DNA of 49,373 nt from Candidatus Lloydbacteria bacterium (GCA_043720495.1 JAYSSO010000010.1:1-49373), one strand, 5' to 3'. Positions 25,737-34,609 are shown, numbered from the stretch's first letter. Numbers and translations: made by a program. The notes: a model not told the origin generated them from the letters alone.

Positions 25737-27272
25737 ATGGTTAAATATCTTATACAAGACATCATCCCTCCACAGCGCAAACGACAAGAGCGTATGCGTG
25801 ATAGTGCTACAGAAGAAAGTTCACCAAGTCCTGAGAGAACAATTCAGCATCAGGTGCGACTTTCACACCCCACAGAGAAGAAGTCAACGCGCATTCAACC
25901 CATGCATCACAAGGATGAGGGTAATTTTGCTAATGAACCCCAGGCGGGCGGGCAACCTGCGCACGCCGCAAAGCATCAGCATGGTGCTCACGAACCTGTG
26001 GTAAAGGCCAAAATAGCCCAAACACCTAAGTTTTTTGAGGAACAGATGATCGACCCCACAGATAAGAGTAAAGCTTCCATGGTTCACCGAATTCATGGGC
26101 CTGTACACAGAGAAGGTGAAACAACTTTTTTTCGCGCGTGGCTACCCTGGATTTTTGGGTTGTTTGGTGTCGTCGCAGTGGTATTGTTTGCACTCAACTA
26201 TTTTGGTGGTGCTGTTGTGACGGTGACACTAAAGAAAGACGTGGTATCTATGGATCAAAAAATGAGTGCATTTAAGAATCCCACAAGCACGGAGCTTCCA
26301 TTTTCTGTCATGAAAGTAGCATTTGAGGAAACCAAGGAAGTACCTGCAACAGGAGAAAAAGTACTTACGACAAAGGCATCAGGAAAAATAATTGTTTATA
26401 ATAAGCAAACAACCACACAGCGATTGATAAAGAATACTCGTTTTCAAAGTCCAACTGGAAAGATTTATCGCATTAATGACTCGATAAATGTACCCAAGGC
26501 TACAACCGTTAAAGGAAAAATTACACCTGGGTCGATCGAGGCCACCATTTTTGCGGATGAGGCTGGCCCTGACTTTAACTCAGTGCCCACTGATTTTACA
26601 CTCCCGGGACTGAAGGGTTCGCCGGTGTTTGAAAAAGTATATGGACGTGGAAAGGGAGCAATAACGGGTGGTGCTTCGGGTACAATAAAGACTGTAACTG
26701 ATGCAGATCTTAAAACTGCGCGTGATGAATTGCGTGTCCAGCTTGAAACCAAATTGCGTGGAAAGGCACGAAGTGACCTTGCGCCGAGTCAGATAAGTTA
26801 TGAAAATGGAATCATCATAGAACTAGAAGAGGCAACATTGTCAAAAGCGGAAGCATCTAGTAAGGATATGGCCGTTGTTTCAGCAAAAGGTTCACTCTAT
26901 ATGGTAGTGTTCGACAAAGAACTCCTTACCAAAGCCACCGTTAATCTTTTGATCAAAACATATAAGGGAGAAACAGTTACTATCGCTAATCTTGAGGCGT
27001 TAACTCTCGATCTTCCACCAATGAAAGGGATTGAGCTGTGGGATCGCGATAGGCTCGATTTTGAGCTGAGTGGAGATCCAGTCATAGAATGGTCAATCGA
27101 CGAGGAGGGGCTCCGCAAGGTGCTGTACGGCGTTCCTAAGCAAAGTTTTAAGACCATCATGGCACAATTCCAGACAATCGAGAATGCAGAGGCCGTAGTA
27201 CGTCCAGCCTGGAAGCGAGTTTTTCCTTCAAAAGCAGAAGAAATTGAGATTAAAATTATTCCAGCACAGTAA
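25737..27272 (+). CDS. Hypothetical bitopic membrane protein (His/Lys-rich N-terminus, 1 TM, large external domain)
   Basis: 511 aa with a TM at 'WLPWIFGLFGVVAVVLFALNYFGG'. It lies 6 nt downstream of the actin-fold gene. Confidence 0.6.
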   Translation: MVKYLIQDIIPPQRKRQERMRDSATEESSPSPERTIQHQVRLSHPTEKKSTRIQPMHHKDEGNFANEPQAGGQPAHAAKHQHGAHEPVVKAKIAQTPKFFEEQMIDPTDKSKASMVHRIHGPVHREGETTFFRAWLPWIFGLFGVVAVVLFALNYFGGAVVTVTLKKDVVSMDQKMSAFKNPTSTELPFSVMKVAFEETKEVPATGEKVLTTKASGKIIVYNKQTTTQRLIKNTRFQSPTGKIYRINDSINVPKATTVKGKITPGSIEATIFADEAGPDFNSVPTDFTLPGLKGSPVFEKVYGRGKGAITGGASGTIKTVTDADLKTARDELRVQLETKLRGKARSDLAPSQISYENGIIIELEEATLSKAEASSKDMAVVSAKGSLYMVVFDKELLTKATVNLLIKTYKGETVTIANLEALTLDLPPMKGIELWDRDRLDFELSGDPVIEWSIDEEGLRKVLYGVPKQSFKTIMAQFQTIENAEAVVRPAWKRVFPSKAEEIEIKIIPAQ

Positions 27273-27395
27273 AGGAAAATACCCAAAAAACTAGAAAAAA
27301 GACTGACAGATGAAAGCGGATTGGAGTTTTCGAGCATGTGTATCTACGAATTTGCTAGAAGCTTCACGTAATCCACATAATTCATCTTTTGTCAC

Positions 27396-27424
27396 TTGAC
27401 CACTCTCAACCGGTCTGCTAGTAT
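27396..27424 (+). promoter_or_regulatory. Sigma70-type promoter upstream of infA
   Basis: TTGACC (27396-27401), 17-nt spacer, TAGTAT (27419-27424). Confidence 0.6.
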
Positions 27425-27441
27425 CTGGGAACCCATTTGAC

Positions 27442-27660
27442 ATGAGTGAAGAAAAGCAAACAGCACCCCCCCTTTCTGGTATCGTAACTGAGGCTTTACC
27501 TAATACCATGTTTCGCGTAACTCTCGAAAATGGTTCTGAGGTGCTAGCGTATTTATCGGGGAAAATGCGTATTCATCGTATCAAAGTATTGGTGGGCGAC
27601 AAGGTGTCGCTTGAAGATAATCCGTACGGAGGAAAATTGAGAATTATCAAACGATTGTAA
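27442..27660 (+). CDS. infA: Translation initiation factor IF-1
   Basis: 72 aa, S1-like OB fold: '[31 protein letters not shown]...GDKV'. Confidence 0.9.
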   Translation: MSEEKQTAPPLSGIVTEALPNTMFRVTLENGSEVLAYLSGKMRIHRIKVLVGDKVSLEDNPYGGKLRIIKRL

Positions 27661-27726
27661 TGGATTATTTCCGGCACTTGCGCTTTCGGTCATATGACCG
27701 TTCGCTCTGTGTTTCATACTAAATTT

Positions 27727-27840
27727 ATGCGCGTACGAGCCTCGGTAAAGAAAATTTGTGTAAAGTGTAAATCCGTACGTCGCCGGGGATCGCTTTATGT
27801 TATCTGTACAAACCCGCGACATAAACAAAAGCAGGGCTAA
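27727..27840 (+). CDS. rpmJ: 50S ribosomal protein L36
   Basis: Hand-translated, 37 aa: [37 protein letters not shown]. It has the Cys/His zinc-ribbon motif and canonical synteny between infA and rpsM. Confidence 0.93.
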   Translation: MRVRASVKKICVKCKSVRRRGSLYVICTNPRHKQKQG

Positions 27841-27852
27841 TTATTTTATATT

Positions 27853-28233
27853 ATGCGTATCCTTGGTATCACCGTTCCAGAAAATAAGCACTTGTGGGTA
27901 GGACTCACGGTGTTTTATGGTATTGGTTTTTCGAAAGCAAAGAAAATTCTTGCGGAAGCAGGAGTGGATGAGAATAAAAAGCCTGGAGACATCACCACTG
28001 AAGATGAAGCAAAAATTCGTAAATTGATTGAGGCAACAAAGATTGAAGGTGATCTACGGCGCGAGAAAGCGGCAAACATTAAGCGACTCAAGGACATCAA
28101 GTCGTACCGAGGAAGTCGCCATGCAAAAGGTTTACCATCCCGTGGTCAGCGCACCAAGACAAATTCACGAACTGTACGAGGTAATGTAAGAAAGACGATG
28201 GGTAGCGGTCGCCGTAAGCTCGAAAAGAAATAA
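27853..28233 (+). CDS. rpsM: 30S ribosomal protein S13
   Basis: 'MRILGITVPENKHLWVGLTVFYGIG...SYRGSRHAKGLPSRGQRTKTN'. Confidence 0.95.
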   Translation: MRILGITVPENKHLWVGLTVFYGIGFSKAKKILAEAGVDENKKPGDITTEDEAKIRKLIEATKIEGDLRREKAANIKRLKDIKSYRGSRHAKGLPSRGQRTKTNSRTVRGNVRKTMGSGRRKLEKK

Positions 28234-28269
28234 TCCTCCAATTTAACTTAACAACGTAAGCAACGAAAA

Positions 28270-28704
28270 ATGGGTAAGAAACGAATAGTCAAAAAGGCGG
28301 GAGGAAGCGTAGACCAAGGTCTGAAAGCGCGGTCGCTTTCCCGTGTGCCAAAAAAGAAAATTGTTCATGCAGTGCTCAATATTCAGTCAACCTACAACAA
28401 CACAATCGTTTCGCTTGCAGATGCGGAGGGGAAAGTACTCATGTGGTCAACGTCCGGTTCGCTAGGATTCAATGGTGCCAAAAAGGGTACGCCATTTGCC
28501 GCAGCAAAGATCGGTGAGTTGCTCGCTGAGAAGGCACAACTTATGGGTCTCAAGTCAGTAGACGCAGTGGTGAAGGGAGTGGGCTCAGGCCGAGAGTCCG
28601 CTATACGTGCGTTTATTGCAAAAGGAGTGGAGATTCTCTCTATCAAAGACAAAACCCCAGTTCCACACAATGGTCCCCGTGCAAAGAAGCCTCGTCGCAT
28701 TTAA
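28270..28704 (+). CDS. rpsK: 30S ribosomal protein S11
   Basis: 'HAVLNIQSTYNNTIVSLADAEGKVLMWSTSGSLGFNGAKKGTPFAA...PHNGPRAKKPRR'. Confidence 0.95.
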   Translation: MGKKRIVKKAGGSVDQGLKARSLSRVPKKKIVHAVLNIQSTYNNTIVSLADAEGKVLMWSTSGSLGFNGAKKGTPFAAAKIGELLAEKAQLMGLKSVDAVVKGVGSGRESAIRAFIAKGVEILSIKDKTPVPHNGPRAKKPRRI

Positions 28705-28721
28705 TATTTTTTTATCACCAT

Positions 28722-29330
28722 ATGAGCAGAGTTAAATGTAAAGTTTGTCGTCGCCTCGGAGAGTCCATTTGTGGACGTAAAAAGTGCGCCATCATAAATC
28801 GTCCTATGCCTCCAGGTAAGCCTATCAGCGAGCGCAAGCACCGCAGTATGGTTACCGAATACGGTATTCAGCTTAAGGAAAAGCAGAAGCTACGCAGGAC
28901 ATATGGCGTTTCTGAAAAACAGTTCCGGGGTTATGTGCAAAAATCCACAGCAGAAAAAGGTTCTCCCGTAGAACACTTATTTGAAAATCTTGAGCGTCGC
29001 CTTGATAATGTAGTTTTTAGACTGGGATTTGCTGTCAATCGTACGCAAGCGCGCCAGATGGTCTCGCATGGGCACTTTGTTATCGGAAAGAGAAAGATTA
29101 CCATCCCTTCCTATCGTGTCTCGCTCGGTGAGATTGTTACCGTTCGTGAGGGCAGTCGAAAGAGCTCACTGTTTACAAATGCAACAGAAACATTGAGCAA
29201 GCACTCCGCTCCCGAATGGCTCACCTTTGACTCTACCAAACTATCTGCAGAGGTGAAGGGTACTCCAAAATATGACAAGAACACCCTCAGCTTCAATGTG
29301 CAGTCAGTGATCGAGTTCTACAGTCGCTAG
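28722..29330 (+). CDS. rpsD: 30S ribosomal protein S4
   Basis: N-terminal 'CKVCRRLGESICGRKKC' zinc-finger region, and S4 domain 'LERRLDNVVFRLGFAVNRTQARQMVSHGHFVI'. Confidence 0.95.
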   Translation: MSRVKCKVCRRLGESICGRKKCAIINRPMPPGKPISERKHRSMVTEYGIQLKEKQKLRRTYGVSEKQFRGYVQKSTAEKGSPVEHLFENLERRLDNVVFRLGFAVNRTQARQMVSHGHFVIGKRKITIPSYRVSLGEIVTVREGSRKSSLFTNATETLSKHSAPEWLTFDSTKLSAEVKGTPKYDKNTLSFNVQSVIEFYSR

Positions 29331-29398
29331 GCGTTCTCTTGTTCCTGTTGTATAATCTTTCAAGTTTACTTTGTTACTAAGCCATAATCTTCATCGTT

Positions 29399-30370
29399 AT
29401 GCCAGACCACAATGTCGCATTGCCATCGAAACCCAAACCAGTCCGCGAAGAGGGCCCTATGGGAGTCTATGAAATCGAGGGCTTGTACCCGGGGTACGGT
29501 CACACGCTCGGGAATTCACTTCGACGTATCATCTTGTCATCTTTGCCAGGGGCTGCCCTCACGTCGGTTAAAGTTGACGGTGTACTTCATGAGTTTTCTA
29601 CTGTTGAGGGCATGAAAGAAGACGTGATTACGTTTATTCTCAACCTGAAAAAGGTTCGACTAAAGATGCACACCGACGAGCCTCAGACTATTACGCTTTC
29701 TGTAGGAGGTGCAAAGAAGATTACCGCAGCCGACATTGCAGGAACCGGAATGGTGGAGGTACTCAACCCCGAACAGTACATTTGTGAACTCACTGACAAA
29801 AACGCAAAGCTGAGTGCTGAGATTAGGGTTGAGATGGGACTTGGATATCTTCCAAAAGAGGCTATACAGAAAGACAAAGTTGAAATCGGTACTATCGCTC
29901 TTGATGCGGCATTCACTCCAATTCGACGTGTGAACTATGAAGTAGAGACAATGCGCGTGGGAGATCGCACTGACTATAATCGTCTCAAAATCACGATTGA
30001 AACAGATGGTACGCTCACACCTCGTTCGGCACTTGAGAATGCAATCGAAATCATGATACACCAGCTGAAGTCAATAATCGGCTTTAAGGAAGAAGAGCTT
30101 ATCCAAGAAGCTATACCTGAAATGCCTGCTGAGGGAGAAGAAGTAGTGGGGGAGGAGGTGGACACTGAGTTCCTCAAAACACGGATAGATTCACTTGATC
30201 TTTCTGCTCGTACTCAAAATGCACTTGCGGCAGCAAATATTCGCACCGTTGGGGGGCTCGTCCGAAAGAAAGAAGATGATTTGATGGAGATTGACGGTCT
30301 GGGTGAAAAGGGTGTTCAGGAAATTAAGCGTGCCCTTTCGAATTTCGGAGTAACGCTCAAAAGTATCTAA
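29399..30370 (+). CDS. rpoA: DNA-directed RNA polymerase subunit alpha
   Basis: 'GYGHTLGNSLRRIILSSLPGAA' in the NTD and 'LDLSARTQNALAAANIRTVGGLV' in the CTD HhH. Confidence 0.95.
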   Translation: MPDHNVALPSKPKPVREEGPMGVYEIEGLYPGYGHTLGNSLRRIILSSLPGAALTSVKVDGVLHEFSTVEGMKEDVITFILNLKKVRLKMHTDEPQTITLSVGGAKKITAADIAGTGMVEVLNPEQYICELTDKNAKLSAEIRVEMGLGYLPKEAIQKDKVEIGTIALDAAFTPIRRVNYEVETMRVGDRTDYNRLKITIETDGTLTPRSALENAIEIMIHQLKSIIGFKEEELIQEAIPEMPAEGEEVVGEEVDTEFLKTRIDSLDLSARTQNALAAANIRTVGGLVRKKEDDLMEIDGLGEKGVQEIKRALSNFGVTLKSI

Positions 30371-30414
30371 TTAGTTGCAATTTTGCTTTAGTCATGTAGT
30401 TTTATCAAACACGT

Positions 30415-30774
30415 ATGAGACACCACGATTCCATTAAGAAGTTCGGACGACAGAAGGGGGAGCGAGAGGCTCTTATGCGCTCTTTGGTGGTTTCGCTTGT
30501 CACACACGAGAAAATCATGACCACAGAGGCAAAGGCAAAGGCACTTCGACCCCTCATTGAGAAGATGATAAGCCGGGCGCGTGAAAACACGGTTGCAAAT
30601 GTGCGCCTGATCAAATCACGCCTCAACAACAACGTCGAAATCACCAACAAGCTTGTTAAGGAAATTGGCCCAAAGTATAAGGACCGCAAGGGTGGGTATA
30701 CTCGTATCACCAAGCTCGGAAGTCGTGGTGGACGCGGAGATGCAAGTCCAATTGCAACAATAGAACTCATTTAA
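30415..30774 (+). CDS. rplQ: 50S ribosomal protein L17
   Basis: 'MRHHDSIKKFGRQKGEREALMRSLVVSLVTHEKIMTTEAKAKALRPLIEKMI'. Confidence 0.95.
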   Translation: MRHHDSIKKFGRQKGEREALMRSLVVSLVTHEKIMTTEAKAKALRPLIEKMISRARENTVANVRLIKSRLNNNVEITNKLVKEIGPKYKDRKGGYTRITKLGSRGGRGDASPIATIELI

Positions 30775-30793
30775 CATTTTATTACCTACCACC

Positions 30794-31138
30794 ATGGAAC
30801 ACATCATCGATGCAACAGGAAAAGCCCTCGGACGCGTTGCGACAGAAGCAGCGTCGGTGCTTCTTGCTAAGAATTCGACCTCTGTCAAAAAGAATGTCGT
30901 CGCTGATGTGACGGTGCGTATCACGAATGCCTCACTCTTGTCGATTGCTGACAAGAAAATGAAACAGAAGTTGTATCATAGCCACAGTGGATATCTTGGT
31001 AATCAGCGCATCCTTACACTGCGACATGTTATAGAAAAAAAGGGCCATAGTGATGCGTTAATGCGAGCCGTAAAGGGGATGCTTCCAACGAACACACTGC
31101 GAGATAAACGATTGAAGCATTTAATTATTGAAGACTAA
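30794..31138 (+). CDS. rplM: 50S ribosomal protein L13 (short form)
   Basis: 114 aa: 'IDATGKALGRVATEAASVLL...YHSHSGYLGN...MLPTNTLRDKRLKHL'. Confidence 0.9.
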   Translation: MEHIIDATGKALGRVATEAASVLLAKNSTSVKKNVVADVTVRITNASLLSIADKKMKQKLYHSHSGYLGNQRILTLRHVIEKKGHSDALMRAVKGMLPTNTLRDKRLKHLIIED

Positions 31139-31139
31139 T

Positions 31140-31586
31140 ATGACTACCGAAACCACACCAAAACCTAAAGTTGCAACAAAGGCACCAAAAACGACCACCA
31201 GATATATTGAGGCCGTAGGTCGTCGCAAGACTGCGATTGCTCGCGTACGTGCAACTGAGGCCACAAAGAATACTTTCAAAATAAATGATCGTACGCTTGA
31301 GAGCTACTTTGGTACTGTTGAACTCCAGTCGATTGTCTCCGCACCACTTGACCGTGACGGTGTAGTATTTAAGTTCGCTGTTACCGTGAAGGTTGTCGGT
31401 GGTGGTACACATGCTCAGGCTGAGGCCATCAGACACGGACTTTCTCGCATTCTCGTTATGGAAGACAAGGATCAAAAAGCAGAACTCAAAAAGCTCGGAT
31501 TCATTAGACGTGATCCTCGGAAAAAAGAGCGCAAGCACTTTGGTCTCAAGAAAGCCCGCAAAGCCTCTCAGTGGTCAAAACGATAA
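31140..31586 (+). CDS. rpsI: 30S ribosomal protein S9
   Basis: 'GRRKTAIARVR...GGGTHAQAEAIRHGLSRIL...LRRDPRKKERKHFGLKKARKASQWSKR'. The ATG follows 1 nt after the rplM stop. Confidence 0.93.
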   Translation: MTTETTPKPKVATKAPKTTTRYIEAVGRRKTAIARVRATEATKNTFKINDRTLESYFGTVELQSIVSAPLDRDGVVFKFAVTVKVVGGGTHAQAEAIRHGLSRILVMEDKDQKAELKKLGFIRRDPRKKERKHFGLKKARKASQWSKR

Positions 31587-31607
31587 ACACATTACCGAAA
31601 CAACAAC

Positions 31608-31630
31608 AAACTCCCCGTGTGGAGTTTTTT
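31608..31630 (+). terminator. Rho-independent terminator ending the ribosomal operon
   Basis: AAACTCC (31608-31614) pairs with GGAGTTT (31621-31627), followed by a T-run. Confidence 0.75.
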
Positions 31631-31689
31631 GTTTGTAAAATTTTCGCTTTCCTGTAGACTAGCAATAGATATCCCAAGGAGAGCTGGTG

Positions 31690-31968
31690 ATGAGTACTCG
31701 TACCAAACTGTGGAATGAATTTGTGGCTGGAGTTACATTTGCTGAATTTCCGTTTATCACATTCTTGCTTTCACTCCTCGCATTCATCTCCTTGCTTTCG
31801 ATACAAGTTTTGTTCGCAGTGACTTTGGTGATAGGGGCAAACTCGACGCAGGTGACATTTGCTTCGAGCTTTGGGATCTTTTTGGTTGTCTCAGGTGTGA
31901 TAAGTCTCGCGGCAACAATCCTGCTCTTTTATGTCGTGCGGGACCAATACCGACGAATTAAGTGGTAG
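31690..31968 (+). CDS. Small membrane protein (3 hydrophobic segments)
   Basis: 92 aa with a strong SD (AGGAG at 31677-31681). A terminator at 31984-32004 follows. Confidence 0.6.
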   Translation: MSTRTKLWNEFVAGVTFAEFPFITFLLSLLAFISLLSIQVLFAVTLVIGANSTQVTFASSFGIFLVVSGVISLAATILLFYVVRDQYRRIKW

Positions 31969-31983
31969 CCCTCAGATATTTAT

Positions 31984-32004
31984 ACCCCGTAACTAGGGGT
32001 TTTT
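31984..32004 (+). terminator. Rho-independent terminator
   Basis: ACCCC (31984-31988) pairs with GGGGT (31996-32000), followed by TTTT. Confidence 0.6.
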
Positions 32005-32045
32005 CATTTGCGCTACATAAAAGGTGTTATATACTATATGCAGTC

Positions 32046-32336
32046 ATGGAAGATTTTTTGAAAATGGACATATTTTTTGTGGTAACGACCGCAGTTGTTT
32101 TTGGAGTTGGTATGTTTTTTATGGTAGCTCTGTACTACTTAGTTCGTATTCTTCGAAGCGTTGACCATATTAGCGAGAACATTAGCCATGAAAGTGACTC
32201 TGTGCGTCAGGATGTAGCTATATTAAGAGAAAAGTTGAAAAGTGAAGGTCTAAAACTTCAGCACTTTTCGGAATTTTTTGCCAGGGTTTTCAAGAAAACT
32301 GAGCCTCGACAAAAAAGGAATCACACAGAAAAGTAG
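32046..32336 (+). CDS. Small membrane-anchored protein with a coiled-coil tail
   Basis: 96 aa from the internal ATG. The upstream part of the track ORF crosses a terminator. The TM is 'IFFVVTTAVVFGVGMFFMVALYYLV'. TATACT at 32030-32035. Confidence 0.55.
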   Translation: MEDFLKMDIFFVVTTAVVFGVGMFFMVALYYLVRILRSVDHISENISHESDSVRQDVAILREKLKSEGLKLQHFSEFFARVFKKTEPRQKRNHTEK

Positions 32337-32368
32337 ATTCGAGGTAATTAATAATAATCATATTACGT

Positions 32369-32815
32369 ATGGCAAAGGTGAACAAAAAGAAAGTGGCGCT
32401 GGGTGTTGGGTTGGGCTTAGCAGCGGCCGCAGCGGCAGGAGCTGGTTATTTTTTTTACGGTAGCGAGAAAGCAGGTGCGAATCGAAAGAAAGTAGCCAAA
32501 TGGGCTACTGAGTTGGAAGCAAAAGTAAAGCATGGCGCAAAGAACCTCAAAAAGCTTGACCAAAAGGCCTATGCCACAATCGTTGATGAGGCTACAAGGG
32601 CATATAGAAGCGTGAAGTCAATCGATGAACAAGATTTGCAACAAGCAGCGCGTGAACTAAAGCAAAATTGGAAGAATGTAAAGTCAGAGATTGATCGTAC
32701 GATAAATTCTGGACGATCGACCGCAAAGAAAACAGTGAAGAAGGCAGTTGCACAGGCAAAGAAGGTTGCTACGAAAGCAAAAGCAAAGAAAATTGTTGCA
32801 AAGAAGAAATCATAA
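32369..32815 (+). CDS. YtxH-like membrane-anchored protein with a Lys/Ala-rich basic C-terminal tail
   Basis: 148 aa with an N-terminal 'ALGVGLGLAAAAAAGAGYFFY' anchor, a helical middle, and the tail 'KKTVKKAVAQAKKVATKAKAKKIVAKKKS'. Confidence 0.6.
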   Translation: MAKVNKKKVALGVGLGLAAAAAAGAGYFFYGSEKAGANRKKVAKWATELEAKVKHGAKNLKKLDQKAYATIVDEATRAYRSVKSIDEQDLQQAARELKQNWKNVKSEIDRTINSGRSTAKKTVKKAVAQAKKVATKAKAKKIVAKKKS

Positions 32816-33024
32816 TGAGTGGATGTCAAAATTGTTCGTGCAGAGAAGGGAAAAAAGTAGTGACAAAAAACAATTGCCCCCCATCCACTGGTAAGGTATT
32901 GCTGGATGAAAGTGGAAAATGTCCTTGCGGAAAAGTGCGTTCGTACTGTTGCCATAAAGCATTAATTGAACCTGATGCACTGAATGAGCTGTGTGCGCCA
33001 ATTGCTGGCAAGGAAGTTTGCTAG
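32815..33024 (+). CDS. Cysteine-rich small protein (10 Cys in 69 aa), putative metal-binding
   Basis: MSGCQNCSCREGKK...CPPSTGK...GKCPCGKVRSYCCHK...LCAPIAGKEVC. Its start overlaps the upstream stop (ATAATGA context). Confidence 0.5.
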   Translation: MSGCQNCSCREGKKVVTKNNCPPSTGKVLLDESGKCPCGKVRSYCCHKALIEPDALNELCAPIAGKEVC

Positions 33025-33026
33025 AA

Positions 33027-33059
33027 AATAAATAACCCGCAACATGCGGGCTATTTATT
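33027..33059 (+). terminator. 14-bp-stem hairpin (one mismatch)
   Basis: AATAAATAACCCGC (33027-33040) pairs with GCGGGCTATTTATT (33046-33059). Confidence 0.6.
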
Positions 33060-33133
33060 GCCCAGATTGGTTTTTTTGGGAAAAAACAGCAAAGCAGTTC
33101 GTCATTTGTGGAAGACCTAGTATACTCATATTT

Positions 33134-34165
33134 ATGGAACTTGCATTATATAGAAAACACCGACCCAGTACTTTTGGAGAAGTTTTAGGTCAGGATGACA
33201 TCGTCAACATCCTTCTTCGTTCTGTTGAGAAGAAGAGTATTTCACATGCGTATCTCTTTTCTGGGGGAAGGGGAACCGGGAAGACTTCCGTTGCCCGTAT
33301 TTTCGCCACGGCAATTGGGTGTAAGCCAGCGGACTTGTATGAGATTGATGGAGCATCCAACAGAAAGATTGAGGACATTCGAGAACTTCGCGAAGCAGTG
33401 CGCTCAATGCCATTTGAGTCTCCCTATAAGGTCTATATCATCGATGAAGTGCACATGCTCACCCGCGATGCGTGGAACGCACTGCTCAAGACACTTGAGG
33501 AGCCTCCAGAGCATGTGGTGTTTATTCTTGCGACGACTAACAAGGATGCTGTGCCGGACACGATTCTTTCCAGGTGCCAGACATTTACTTTTCGCGCCCC
33601 TGGACTAGAAGAACTCAAAAAGTTTGTTCTCGATATGGCTAAGAAAGAGATGTTGAAACTTGCACCCCAGTCCGCTGATATCATTGCACTTTTTGGAGAT
33701 GGTTCATATCGCGATACACTTTCAGTACTTGAAAAAGTTTTGGTTGCGAGTAAGGGAGGGGAGCTTTCTGTAGACGATGTCGCTCGTATAGTGGGTGCAC
33801 CAACTCATGATTTGGTTCACCGCGTTCTTCGTGCTGTGGCCACAGAGGAAGCAGGCGAGGGCCTCAAGGCTATTCGTACTGCACACAAAGACCATGTTTC
33901 AATGCCTATTTACCTTAAGCTGATTATTGAGCGAATGCGTGCAGTGTTACTTCTTCGCTACGATGCATCGTCCGATGCCGAAATGCTGGATGCGTATGGT
34001 TCAACAGAATTAGCAACCCTTAAGGAATTTGCCACTGCATCAGATAAAAAGATAAATTCACACGTACTCAGCATCTTTCTTGAGGCTACTGAAACCATAG
34101 GCCACAGCGTGGTTCCGCCTCTTCCCATTGAACTTGCGCTCATTCGCGCCGTGGAAGGAAAATAG
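33134..34165 (+). CDS. dnaX: DNA polymerase III subunit gamma/tau (short form)
   Basis: 'YRKHRPSTFGEVLGQDDIV...HAYLFSGGRGTGKTSVARIFA', 'IIDEVHML' and 'ILSRC'. I chose the ATG at 33134. TATACT (33121-33126) lies 7 nt upstream. Confidence 0.88.
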   Translation: MELALYRKHRPSTFGEVLGQDDIVNILLRSVEKKSISHAYLFSGGRGTGKTSVARIFATAIGCKPADLYEIDGASNRKIEDIRELREAVRSMPFESPYKVYIIDEVHMLTRDAWNALLKTLEEPPEHVVFILATTNKDAVPDTILSRCQTFTFRAPGLEELKKFVLDMAKKEMLKLAPQSADIIALFGDGSYRDTLSVLEKVLVASKGGELSVDDVARIVGAPTHDLVHRVLRAVATEEAGEGLKAIRTAHKDHVSMPIYLKLIIERMRAVLLLRYDASSDAEMLDAYGSTELATLKEFATASDKKINSHVLSIFLEATETIGHSVVPPLPIELALIRAVEGK

Positions 34166-34183
34166 CGAGGTGAATCCAGGTGG

Positions 34184-34212
34184 TTGACAGTACTGCAGTT
34201 CTACGCTATAAT
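34184..34212 (+). promoter_or_regulatory. Consensus sigma70 promoter
   Basis: TTGACA (34184-34189), 17-nt spacer, TATAAT (34207-34212). Downstream there is an SD (GAGAAGG) and a GTG at 34248. Confidence 0.75.
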
Positions 34213-34247
34213 TTTCTTAGTTTGAACCAGAGAGAGAAGGACACATA

Positions 34248-34589
34248 GTGAAAACATTTCGTGACACCTACCCCTTGACTACAATTCGTAACAAGATTAC
34301 TGGCGACCAGCTGGCAGTGCTTGCATTCATCGATGATTCCCTCTTGTTTGCCCAGCGAACGATTGTTGTGAGTAATTGTAGTGATTGGCTAAAGCGAGAC
34401 GGTACGAGGCTAGTCGGCTTTGAACCTAGGGAACTAAAGCAGGGTGATTTGCTCAAGAGGGATACCTCAAAGCAGGAGAGTGATTTCTGTGTGGAGGCTG
34501 TAGCGTTTGATGCAGATGGCTTTGTCCATTCTGTGGTTGTTGCCCAGAAATTTGTTTTGACGGACCCTGAGAACTGGTCTCGAAACTAG
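34248..34589 (+). CDS. Hypothetical protein (113 aa)
   Basis: It has a consensus promoter, an SD and a downstream terminator. No motif recognised. Confidence 0.6.
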   Translation: MKTFRDTYPLTTIRNKITGDQLAVLAFIDDSLLFAQRTIVVSNCSDWLKRDGTRLVGFEPRELKQGDLLKRDTSKQESDFCVEAVAFDADGFVHSVVVAQKFVLTDPENWSRN

Positions 34590-34609
34590 CCCTACCCTGA
34601 ACCACATTG

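Noticed and set aside
30405-31538. Antisense ORFs opposite rplQ (121 aa), rplM (112 aa) and rpsI (137 aa)
   Set aside because: They lie opposite universally conserved ribosomal protein genes and are low-complexity Ser/Arg/Cys-rich artefacts.
33025-33133. Possible SRP RNA (ffs), which often precedes dnaX
   Set aside because: There is no domain IV-like GGAA/AGCA symmetric-loop motif or extended helix. The region is explained by a terminator hairpin plus the dnaX promoter.
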